From IMG/VR virus record IMGVR_UViG_3300020045_004726, positions 1 through 38,230 of that record: 38,230 bases of DNA. One strand, 5' to 3'. The DNA comes from a virus. The position numbers were made by a program, and so were the translations under genes. The notes under the pieces are model-generated. The model was given only the letters and a program-made list of their open reading frames with translations. It was not told the DNA's origin and searched no databases. This document shows positions 17,725-24,075 of the stretch, one piece after another. Within the stretch, counting starts at the first letter, position 1. Each line of letters begins with the position of its first letter.

Positions 17725-17795
17725 TGGAGCGTTCATAGAGAGTCGAACTCTATCTGCCAGCTTGGAAGGCTGTTACTCGCCGCCGAGTTGAACGC
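17725..17795 (-). tRNA. tRNA-Gly(UCC)-like gene with a truncated D arm (68 nt plus encoded CCA)
   Basis: Hand fold: GCGTTCA/TGAACGC 7-bp acceptor stem; T arm TAGAG-TTCGACT-CTCTA; anticodon arm ACAGC-CTTCCAA-GCTGG (U33, UCC, A37); discriminator T plus CCA. However, it has A8, a CTCG-GCGG-CGAG D arm with a 4-nt loop, and one A:G pair in the anticodon stem. Confidence 0.5.
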
Positions 17796-18008
17796 GAATT
17801 CTGTTACTGCTGATCCAGCCTATCGAAATCCACCACCACCCGCGAGCTGCCGAATCCAAGTGACTCACGTTCATACGGCTGATGCGTGACTGGCTCCGGC
17901 TCTACGTCTCGTCGTGCTGCGGCTCCGAACGTGAAACTGTGCTTGAACCTGCGCCAACCGCTGATCGTGTGATCGTCGCGTTCCATGTCTGGATTCCGTC
18001 AGCACAAC

Positions 18009-18038
18009 GCAAAAAGCCCCAATTAAGGGGCTTTGTTT
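18009..18038. terminator. Bidirectional-looking intrinsic terminator about 20 nt downstream of the putative late promoter
   Basis: AGCCCC-AATTAA-GGGGCT is flanked by an A-run on the left (T-run on the minus strand: TTTTTGCG) and by TTGTTT on the right. Confidence 0.7.
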
Positions 18039-18060
18039 AGGCGAGGCTCGCCGTGCACAC

Positions 18061-18089
18061 AATATACAAGCATTCTACAGAATATACAA
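18061..18089 (-). promoter_or_regulatory. Putative late promoter (PR'-like) built on an 11-nt direct repeat
   Basis: Minus strand reads TTGTAT (18089-18084), 17 nt, TATATT (18066-18061). GCTTGTATATT occurs twice (18091-18081 and 18071-18061). The promoter starts 13 nt after the stop of the Q-like gene. Confidence 0.5.
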
Positions 18090-18101
18090 GCCATATTTTA
18101 T

Positions 18102-18470
18102 TCACCACACCATGCCTTTATTCCGTAACGCACGCTCTAACGACTCATGCGCCGTAACTAGCGATCCTTCAAAATCGCGCATACGGAACACTGCCGCGAG
18201 GTACTGCCGATAGATAGCCGCGTTCTGGTTCGGCGGCAAATCACTCACGCACGCATCGACCGTCTGCATCCTCAATGCGTCGGCGTGGTCGCACATATCC
18301 TCGAATGTCCCCGGCGTCGAATAGCCGCCAAACCCTGCCGACTTGGCTGGATATCCGCCGCCTGAGTCATCGCGCTGCATCCACTCTGACCACTCAGTCA
18401 GGATATTTACGACGTAATCAGCGCGGGCCTGTGCTGCGACTGTCAATTGTTGCGTGATGATGTCACCCAT
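18102..18470 (-). CDS. Antitermination protein Q-like (phage-82/QuuD type, putative), 122 aa
   Basis: The pattern ..EWSEWMQ....AKSAGFGG......DMCDHADALRMQTVDACVSDL....AAIYRQYL.. resembles my memory of the Phage_antitermQ family. It is the last gene of the nin-like region, followed by a promoter and terminators. Confidence 0.5.
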   Translation of the reverse strand: MGDIITQQLTVAAQARADYVVNILTEWSEWMQRDDSGGGYPAKSAGFGGYSTPGTFEDMCDHADALRMQTVDACVSDLPPNQNAAIYRQYLAAVFRMRDFEGSLVTAHESLERALRNKGMVW

Positions 18471-19584
18471 GATTCGCCCTCACCATGTCCGGGCTGATAA
18501 TCAGCCGTGAGATTTCCCCGAATTGCTTGCTGTACGTGATGACCTTGCTATCCCTGCCGCTGATCCATCCGCCCTTGGCTGCGTAGGCGTCCGGCGCTGC
18601 GATGGTCCGGTGCCGCTCGACTTTCATTAGCGCGGTTTCATTTACTTCGTCGCTGTGCAAGTGGCCCAAATGGGCGTATCTGTACTTTGTGCGCCCGAAC
18701 GTTTCCGAGAACTTGCCCGCCATGACGCGATCCACGTCCTTGACGCCGCGCTTATGTCCGTGGTGAAAGCAGCACATGGTTAGCCCATGCTCAACGCAGT
18801 AGTAAGCGTCTGCGGAGGTTTCAATCCTGATTCGGGCGTCGTCCTCATAGACGGCACTGAGCCATTCCCGCATCCATGCGCCGCTTGCCGGGTCGTGGTT
18901 AGCGTCGGCAATGATGACTTCAAGCGCTTCGTGCTTCTCGGCCAGCTTCTTTATAATCTGGCGGATAACTCGGATGGCGACTCGAACCAGCTTGGCAAAC
19001 CGGGTATCTGCGTCCAGAAGGTGTTTATGCTGCGGCGTCACCGCGTCCATTCCGTCCCAGTGCATGAAATCGCCCATTTGCGCGAATACTGCCTTCTTGC
19101 TCGGCGGGGATTGACGGATGGCCGTTGCGAACCAGTTGATGAGCATTTCCTCGGCTATCTTCAAGTCCCAATCTTCGGAGCCGGTTTCCTCTCCCCAAGC
19201 CAGCATCCCAAGATGATAGTCAGTCAGGACATAGACGCTCATCAGATCATCGTTGCATTGCTGCGGAGCGACTGACGGAAGGTAGCGCGGCAAATCCTCG
19301 GACAGTGCGGCATGAACGGCGCGGCGAGCAGCTTCGGCCTTTATGTCCTCGGTCGAAGTCTTGACCCATTGCAAGACTGGCGTGTTGTTGCGCAAGTCCA
19401 TGAGCGTGGAAAGCCCCCGGATTACCTGGCCGTCCTCTACCGGAATCTTTCGCGCTTCCTTGTGACGCTCTGGCCGTCCATTTAGCCGACCGCGTATCGT
19501 GCTTTCAGCCATTCCGAGAACCCGAGCAGCGCCGCGAATGCTCCCCGATTCTGCTATCTGCGCCTGTAGCGCCTCGATGGTCAT
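18463..19584 (-). CDS. HTH-domain plus calcineurin-like metallophosphoesterase, 373 aa (occupies the NinI-like position)
   Basis: N-terminal HTH (IRGAARVLGMAESTIRGRL). Phosphoesterase motifs DYHLG, GDFMHWDG, ANHD, HHGH and GHLH. Confidence 0.75.
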   Translation of the reverse strand: MTIEALQAQIAESGSIRGAARVLGMAESTIRGRLNGRPERHKEARKIPVEDGQVIRGLSTLMDLRNNTPVLQWVKTSTEDIKAEAARRAVHAALSEDLPRYLPSVAPQQCNDDLMSVYVLTDYHLGMLAWGEETGSEDWDLKIAEEMLINWFATAIRQSPPSKKAVFAQMGDFMHWDGMDAVTPQHKHLLDADTRFAKLVRVAIRVIRQIIKKLAEKHEALEVIIADANHDPASGAWMREWLSAVYEDDARIRIETSADAYYCVEHGLTMCCFHHGHKRGVKDVDRVMAGKFSETFGRTKYRYAHLGHLHSDEVNETALMKVERHRTIAAPDAYAAKGGWISGRDSKVITYSKQFGEISRLIISPDMVRANHG

Positions 19585-19883
19585 TGCTGTCCCTCTGCTT
19601 CAATTTCCTTTTGCAACGCAGCCAGCGCACGCCATGCAGCTTTAGCGAGGTGTCTCACGCCGTCCGTATCGACTGTTCCGGCTTCAAACAGATGGCGTGT
19701 CAGCGCGTCCAGTTCATCGCCGCTTTTGCTTCGGTCCCAATGCAGCGGACTCCCCGGATGGTGCTGCTCGTTCCCCGCTTGCGAGCATTCCGCAACCGCG
19801 ATGAGTGCGGCGGGGAAGTATTTTATTAGCCCACTAAATAGCGGGATGGCTTTTCGTTCGGCTGCGTTGGTCGGCAGGCTCAT
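19581..19883 (-). CDS. DUF5664-like (dATP/dGTP diphosphohydrolase N-terminal domain-like) protein, 100 aa
   Basis: ATG 19883 forms an ATGA overlap with the upstream micro-ORF. The segment ERKAIPLFSGLIKYFPAALIAVAECSQAGNEQH resembles that family from memory only. Confidence 0.5.
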   Translation of the reverse strand: MSLPTNAAERKAIPLFSGLIKYFPAALIAVAECSQAGNEQHHPGSPLHWDRSKSGDELDALTRHLFEAGTVDTDGVRHLAKAAWRALAALQKEIEAEGQQ

Positions 19884-19981
19884 TTCCGCTGCATCCCGCA
19901 AAGCACGATCAGCGAAGTGACGAAAGCGGCGAGGAATGGCCAGTAATTGACTGCTTGTGCTGCTGCTTGGGTTTCATCCAT
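19880..19981 (-). CDS. Possible 33-aa membrane micro-protein
   Basis: Hand translation MDETQAAAQAVNYWPFLAAFVTSLIVLCGMQRK. It overlaps the ninG stop, and its own stop overlaps the next ATG (ATGA). Below the ORF-track size cutoff. Confidence 0.35.
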   Translation of the reverse strand: MDETQAAAQAVNYWPFLAAFVTSLIVLCGMQRK

Positions 19982-20561
19982 GCTCAACCTCCTTGGAAAG
20001 TTTCAACATCCGCACATAGCGCGCCTTGATTCCGCGCAAGTCCTCGATGCTGTAGTGCTTCGGCTCATGCGGGCCTTCGAGCCATTCCACAGCCTCAATC
20101 CCGATTTTCTTGATGAGATTGACGCGGTACAGAATCAAATTGCCGTGCAGGTGGGTATTGCATGGCTGGCACTGTCGCCAGCAGTTATCCGGCTCGAATC
20201 TCAGTTCTGGCCGCGCGCCGACGCTCAGATAATGGCCGGCATGCCACTGGCCGTCATGCATGCGCCCGCAGCTTATGCAGGGCTGTCCATCATCTGCTTT
20301 GCGTGTCCATGCGTTGAACGCGTCCTGCGCCTCTTTGAGCCATTGCGCACGGCTCTTGAGCGATTCCCGCTTCTGCCGATCCGCTGCTTTCTCAACCTTC
20401 TCGCGCTTCTTCCTGGCCATCGACTGAGCGCATGCCGGCGAGCATGCTTTCTGCCCCATGCGCTGTGGCGTGAATTCCTGGCGGCATTGGGCGCACTTCT
20501 TCGGCTTGACTCGCTTCATTCCGAATATCCCCATCAGCGCATCAGCAGCGGCTACACTCAT
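19974..20561 (-). CDS. ninG: NinG/Rap-like recombination endonuclease, 195 aa
   Basis: Cys clusters CAQCRQEF...CSPAC...CISCG...CWRQCQPCNTHLHGN. ATG 20561 is preferred (ATGA overlap with the upstream micro-ORF). Confidence 0.7.
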   Translation of the reverse strand: MSVAAADALMGIFGMKRVKPKKCAQCRQEFTPQRMGQKACSPACAQSMARKKREKVEKAADRQKRESLKSRAQWLKEAQDAFNAWTRKADDGQPCISCGRMHDGQWHAGHYLSVGARPELRFEPDNCWRQCQPCNTHLHGNLILYRVNLIKKIGIEAVEWLEGPHEPKHYSIEDLRGIKARYVRMLKLSKEVEHG

Positions 20562-20710
20562 CGCACCACCCTGCACATCTGCCCCAAGCTGCGCCGGTTG
20601 CGTTCAGCCATCGCGGCCAATTCCAGTTTTGCGGCCATCGAACGTGCGGCGATGAGGGTATCGACGCGGAGGATTAGGCGGTCGAATGCGCGTTGTGTTG
20701 TGTCGGTCAT
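20558..20710 (-). CDS. Possible 50-aa protein
   Basis: Hand translation MTDTTQRAFDRLILRVDTLIAARSMAAKLELAAMAERNRRSLGQMCRVVR. It has ATGA overlaps at both ends and fills the ninB-ninG gap. Confidence 0.4.
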   Translation of the reverse strand: MTDTTQRAFDRLILRVDTLIAARSMAAKLELAAMAERNRRSLGQMCRVVR

Positions 20711-21069
20711 AGCTCAACCCCTTTACTCGCCGCGAAGGCGTGAATAATTTCGATCAGATCGGAGAATTCCTTTTTTCCCATTGCGCTAGTCGATAGCCCG
20801 CACACTACGAACCCGCCATCGATGCCGGGAACGGCTTTCTGCCCCTTTAGGCTGGCCGTCATCACATCCTTCCACTCTTCCTTGGTGAGTTTCTGTCCGT
20901 ACCAATCGACGCCCTTGGATACCTTCGTCAGCAGAGGCCACAAAAGCGCGTTCTGCTCCAATGTTCGGGTAGCGTCGGTAATTCGGACGTAGTAGCCATC
21001 CGGGGCAGAGTCGATGTATCGGTGCGCAGCTTGTCGGGCAGCGGGTCCGGTTAGGGCTAGGGTCGTCAT
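20707..21069 (-). CDS. ninB: NinB/Orf-family recombination mediator, 120 aa
   Basis: Motif ...ATRTLEQNALLWPLLTKVSKGVDWYGQKLTKEEWKDV... ATGA overlap upstream. Confidence 0.7.
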   Translation of the reverse strand: MTTLALTGPAARQAAHRYIDSAPDGYYVRITDATRTLEQNALLWPLLTKVSKGVDWYGQKLTKEEWKDVMTASLKGQKAVPGIDGGFVVCGLSTSAMGKKEFSDLIEIIHAFAASKGVEL

Positions 21070-21308
21070 AGAACGTGCCTCGCAGTCTTGTAGCTCAGCA
21101 CATTCTCAATCGTCCGCTCATGAACGCCCCATGCCTTCGCTAGCGCTGCATTGCTGTACTTTTCCGTTATTTCCCGGCGCATCTGTTCGCGTTTCTTTGC
21201 GCTCTCGCGGATTGATACGACGGCAAGCGGTGGAAGTTTGGTCTGCGGCAGGTCGAAGCCGCGCTTGCAATGAGCGCCGGGATTGGCTAGGTATTCGTCG
21301 CGGGTCAT
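21066..21308 (-). CDS. Small HTH-containing protein, 80 aa
   Basis: ORF track. HTH-like NAALAKAWGVHERTIENVL. ATGA overlaps at both ends. Confidence 0.55.
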   Translation of the reverse strand: MTRDEYLANPGAHCKRGFDLPQTKLPPLAVVSIRESAKKREQMRREITEKYSNAALAKAWGVHERTIENVLSYKTARHVL

Positions 21309-21526
21309 GCGGCCCCCATCACTTGATCGGCCATAGCCTTAGCCTCGGCGGCGTCGTTGTAATGGCCGATACGCGTCTCTCCGTCTGTCAGAACATAGAG
21401 CGTGCATCCATCTACGAAACACTTCGCAATAGCCTGGCGCCCACGAACGATTGCGTAGTCGCTGACACGTGACCAAGGAAGCGGCTTGCCGGCCATTTTT
21501 GCGACGGATGCGAACATGTCAGTCAT
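21305..21526 (-). CDS. Hypothetical protein, 73 aa
   Basis: ORF track. ATGA overlaps at both ends. Confidence 0.55.
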   Translation of the reverse strand: MTDMFASVAKMAGKPLPWSRVSDYAIVRGRQAIAKCFVDGCTLYVLTDGETRIGHYNDAAEAKAMADQVMGAA

Positions 21527-22023
21527 GCCAGCGCCTCCTGGTACGCATTGCGCTGGATGATCGAAAGCGCCTCGCCGGCCTCATGACGCTCCTTCAGCCG
21601 CTTGGCCCATAGCTTGTGATCGCGGGTATCGGTTTTCGTCATCCGATCCGCTGCTTTTGCGATGATTTCCGCTGCTTTGGCCTGTTCCTCTGCTGTCGGG
21701 GTGTAGCCGAGCGACTGAACAGGCGCGCTATGCCTATGCCCTGCCTCTCTACACAACGCAATGAACTCAGGCAAGGTAGGCGGCCACGGCTTACTATCCA
21801 AAGCGTCTAGCGCCTCTTTAATCGCGCCGGGCATGGTTTTGAATCCGCCGAGCTTTTCAGCCCAGAGACGCTGAACCGTTTCCATGTTCGAGCCGTTCCA
21901 CAGGTCGGCGAACTTCGAGCCGTACAATCCGGCCATATGCTCGAAGATTTTCGATATCCAGCTATCCGGCAACACGGCACGACTCCCCGGTAATGTCGCG
22001 CTCGTCGGCAGTGGTGCGTTCAT
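21523..22023 (-). CDS. Lambda P-like replication protein (helicase loader, putative), 166 aa
   Basis: The segment ...VQRLWAEKLGGFKTMPGAIKEALDALDSKPWPPTLPEFIALCREAG parallels the lambda P segment ending ...PSPGQFVAWCRE. It overlaps the O-like gene by 62 nt. Confidence 0.65.
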   Translation of the reverse strand: MNAPLPTSATLPGSRAVLPDSWISKIFEHMAGLYGSKFADLWNGSNMETVQRLWAEKLGGFKTMPGAIKEALDALDSKPWPPTLPEFIALCREAGHRHSAPVQSLGYTPTAEEQAKAAEIIAKAADRMTKTDTRDHKLWAKRLKERHEAGEALSIIQRNAYQEALA

Positions 22024-22795
22024 GTGATTTCTTCCCGGTCAGGATTGCGATGGTGTTGGCGCGCTGTTCATGGATGGATTGATAACCGGGCTTGCTGGCT
22101 TGCTGCTGCTTCGGCTCGAACAGCCCTTGCCAGCCTTGCCGGATGCTGTCGTCAATCACCTTGCCGGCGTCGATACCTTTTCCAGCGCAGTCAGCCAGGA
22201 ACTCGATCTGCTTAAGCGCTGTTGCTTCCGACGTAGCGAGCTTCCGGCCTTTGCGGTATGCGATCCATTCGGCCCACTTGTTCGAGTCGATGCTTGGCGG
22301 CAAAACACAATCCGCAGGATTGAAAAGCGGAGCGCGCTTAGTCTTTAAAGATGGTTCATGGTTAGTGGTTAGTGGTTTATGGTTAGGGTTAATTTGGGTT
22401 TCGTTTGGGTTACCAGTGGGTTGCGACTGGGAACCCACTGGGTTTTCTTCCTTGCTTGGCAAGGGTTTGACGCCCTTCGGACGACCGCCTTTCTTGCCGT
22501 TTTCCTTGTTTTTCGCGCAAATTGAGTAGTAATCCGCTATCTCTTGGTCTATCCGCTTATGGTGATATCCATCCGCACAGAGGGTGAAAAAGTCAGAAAG
22601 CACGTTTTCTAATGCGGAGGCTTCCAGTTCGGTTTCCAGCCGTAACCGACGGCTAACCGACTGGGTTTCTTCTGGGATAGGCGTTTCGTCGAGGTAGTAC
22701 CAGTCCATCAAATCGCGGTAGATACCATGCTCAAGGCGCGACAGGTGTGTCGTGTCCTTTCGATAGTCCGCAATGTTGAATTGGTAGTAGTGCAT
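21962..22795 (-). CDS. DUF1376 (YdaU)-family replication initiator-like protein, 277 aa, containing the putative origin
   Basis: The N-terminus MHYYQFNIADYRKDTTHLSRLEHGIYRDLMDWYY is typical of DUF1376. ATG 22795 is preferred over track start 23002, which would overlap the upstream gene. Confidence 0.7.
   Translation of the reverse strand: MHYYQFNIADYRKDTTHLSRLEHGIYRDLMDWYYLDETPIPEETQSVSRRLRLETELEASALENVLSDFFTLCADGYHHKRIDQEIADYYSICAKNKENGKKGGRPKGVKPLPSKEENPVGSQSQPTGNPNETQINPNHKPLTTNHEPSLKTKRAPLFNPADCVLPPSIDSNKWAEWIAYRKGRKLATSEATALKQIEFLADCAGKGIDAGKVIDDSIRQGWQGLFEPKQQQASKPGYQSIHEQRANTIAILTGKKSHERTTADERDITGESCRVAG
22352..22445. other. Putative replication origin: a phased repeat array plus an inverted repeat inside the O-like gene
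   Basis: TGGTT occurs at 22352, 22359, 22366, 22373 and 22380 (7-bp pitch). TGGG(T/A)(T/A) occurs at 22395, 22406, 22417, 22428 and 22439 (11-bp pitch). There is a perfect 10-bp inverted repeat, CCAGTGGGTT (22413-22422) / AACCCACTGG (22432-22441). Confidence 0.5.
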
Positions 22796-22995
22796 CAGGC
22801 TGCGGCCCCCATCGAATACACCGCAAACCGCTTGCCGCCCTGCGTGACCATCGTTGTGACGATCTGCGCGCCCATGTAGCGCAATTCCTTGATGCGTGCA
22901 GCAAGCCGGCCTATGCCAAGCGTGAGCAGCGCTTCGAGCGCGGTAATCGTTCCTTTGCTCAGCCAATCTAAAACCATTTGATTTTGCGTCTGCAT
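22795..22995 (-). CDS. Small winged-helix/HTH DNA-binding protein, 66 aa
   Basis: ORF track. LDWLSKGTITALEALLTLGIGRLAARIKELR is typical of short phage HTH proteins. RBS AAGGA. Confidence 0.6.
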   Translation of the reverse strand: MQTQNQMVLDWLSKGTITALEALLTLGIGRLAARIKELRYMGAQIVTTMVTQGGKRFAVYSMGAAA

Positions 22996-23005
22996 GTGGC
23001 ATAAT
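22978..23005 (+). promoter_or_regulatory. Putative plus-strand promoter of an oop-like antisense RNA
   Basis: TTGATT (22978-22983), 16 nt, then TGg-CATAAT (extended -10; CATAAT at 23000-23005). Confidence 0.4.
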
Positions 23006-23011
23006 CCTTCT

Positions 23012-23068
23012 CGGTTAGTTGCTCTAAGCCCCGCCCACCCTTCCCAGGATCGCGGGGCTTTCCTTTTG
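23012..23068 (+). ncRNA. Putative oop-like antisense small RNA (about 55 nt)
   Basis: The unit runs from promoter 22978-23005 to terminator 23026-23070. No plus-strand ORF lies upstream. It sits between the CII-like and O-like genes, as lambda oop does. Confidence 0.35.
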
Positions 23069-23070
23069 TT
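23026..23070 (+). terminator. Plus-strand intrinsic terminator inside the minus-strand early operon
   Basis: AAGCCCCGC (23026-23034), a 17-nt loop, then GCGGGGCTT (23052-23060) followed by TCCTTTTGTT. There is no T-run on the minus-strand side. Confidence 0.6.
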
Positions 23071-23179
23071 ACTCGTCCCCTACGTTCGAGCTTTCATAGC
23101 CCTTGCCTGCGTTATGCAGAACAACGACGATGAACACGACGCACAGGAATGCGGCTGTTGCGGATGCGATGTAAATCAT
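23069..23179 (-). CDS. Possible 36-aa membrane micro-protein
   Basis: Hand translation MIYIASATAAFLCVVFIVVVLHNAGKGYESSNVGDE. ATGA overlap with the upstream ORF. Confidence 0.3.
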   Translation of the reverse strand: MIYIASATAAFLCVVFIVVVLHNAGKGYESSNVGDE

Positions 23180-23352
23180 GCTGCCACCTGATCTACCATC
23201 GGACGCGTGCAGTCGATTTCGATCAGCACAGTTGCTGCGTCCTTGTTCTCGTGCTGCACCAACCCGCGAAGCGCTTCGTGGTCGTCTGCGTCAGCGCGAA
23301 AAAGCTGCTTTGTTCCATCATTCATTCGAACTGCGATATTTACTTGGGTCAT
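23176..23352 (-). CDS. Possible 58-aa protein
   Basis: Hand translation MTQVNIAVRMNDGTKQLFRADADDHEALRGLVQHENKDAATVLIEIDCTRPMVDQVAA. Its ATG overlaps the CII-like stop (TAATG). Just below the track cutoff. Confidence 0.45.
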   Translation of the reverse strand: MTQVNIAVRMNDGTKQLFRADADDHEALRGLVQHENKDAATVLIEIDCTRPMVDQVAA

Positions 23353-23723
23353 TACGACGCCCTCCCTAATGCCATCTGAAGAAGCCCTTCAAGCGCCGTG
23401 CATTTCTCTTCGGCTATCCGGGCGCGCTTTTCCGTTTCCGTTTCCAGCTTGCGGATGCTGTGCAGGTCATAGCCGCGCTTGTGGAGCATCCAGAGCAGCG
23501 GCGTATCGTTGCCACACATGTCCATGAGCTTTTCGAGCTTCGGCCAGAGAATCCCCTCCGTACCCGACTGCCAGCGGCTGAATTGGGCCTTGTCGACGCC
23601 GAGCGCGCCCTGTAGTTCTTTGTCCAGTTCGTACCCGGCAAACTCGGCGCACAACTCGATTGCGGAACCGAGTGTTTTCTTCCTACAAACCTCTTCGGGC
23701 CTTACTACGACAGGGATTGACAT
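23352..23723 (-). CDS. CII/CP76-like HTH regulatory protein (putative), 123 aa
   Basis: ATG 23723 (GGTG 6 nt upstream) is preferred over GTG 23732. HTH-like LGVDKAQFSRWQSG. Second gene after cro, as in lambdoid phages. Confidence 0.6.
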   Translation of the reverse strand: MSIPVVVRPEEVCRKKTLGSAIELCAEFAGYELDKELQGALGVDKAQFSRWQSGTEGILWPKLEKLMDMCGNDTPLLWMLHKRGYDLHSIRKLETETEKRARIAEEKCTALEGLLQMALGRAS

Positions 23724-23778
23724 TTGATTCACCTTTACCCCTCAAGAATGTTGTGAGCAGTTGTGTGGCTAGAATTGA

Positions 23779-23821
23779 GAAAAAAAATTAGGCTGGATTT
23801 CATGGAAACGAAATCAGCCCA
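23779..23821 (-). terminator. tR1-like intrinsic terminator between the cro-like and CII-like genes
   Basis: Minus strand reads GGCTGATTTC-gtttccatg-GAAATCCAGCC (10 bp, one bulge) followed by TAATTTTTTTTC. Confidence 0.7.
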
Positions 23822-23867
23822 CAATCAGGAAGAGAAGCGCCAGCAGCGCGAGGACGATGCCGGTCAT

Positions 23868-24068
23868 TTAGCGGGACGCCTTGTTGATAGAAATCGGCTT
23901 ATTGCTGGACAGAAAGAGGTCTTGGTGTTTAACTTTCACGCTGTCCGGGATTCCGCGCTTTATCCAGTTGTAAACGCGCTGAACCCCGCCTTTGCTTGGG
24001 TTGTACCCAAGCAGTACGGCAAGCTTTGTCGGTCCGCCAAGAGATTCGATAAGGTTTTTATCATCCAT
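23868..24068 (-). CDS. cro: Cro/YdaS-like HTH repressor, 66 aa
   Basis: MDDKNLIESLGGPTKLAVLLGYNPSKGGVQRVYNWIKRGIP. Divergent from the repressor gene. ATG 24068 is preferred because the longer track start lies upstream of the promoter. Confidence 0.65.
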   Translation of the reverse strand: MDDKNLIESLGGPTKLAVLLGYNPSKGGVQRVYNWIKRGIPDSVKVKHQDLFLSSNKPISINKASR

Positions 24069-24075
24069 GCCTACA

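Noticed and set aside
17804-17986. A 60-aa minus-strand ORF in the late leader, upstream of the tRNA-like gene.
   Set aside because: It has a weak RBS and no recognisable motif. It is kept only as a note inside the late-switch finding and is not called as a gene.
22352-22392. The heptamer tandem repeat as a slippage-prone or phase-variable tract.
   Set aside because: The units are imperfect (TGGTTCA, TGGTTAG, TGGTTAG, TGGTTTA, TGGTTAG). They lie in frame in a linker that also has 11-bp phased repeats and an inverted repeat. An origin function explains all three features better.
21962-23002. The full 346-aa track ORF, which extends the O-like gene upstream to 23002.
   Set aside because: Its first 69 codons overlap the 66-aa HTH gene in another frame. 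The DUF1376 signature begins at MHYYQF (ATG 22795), which overlaps that gene's stop.
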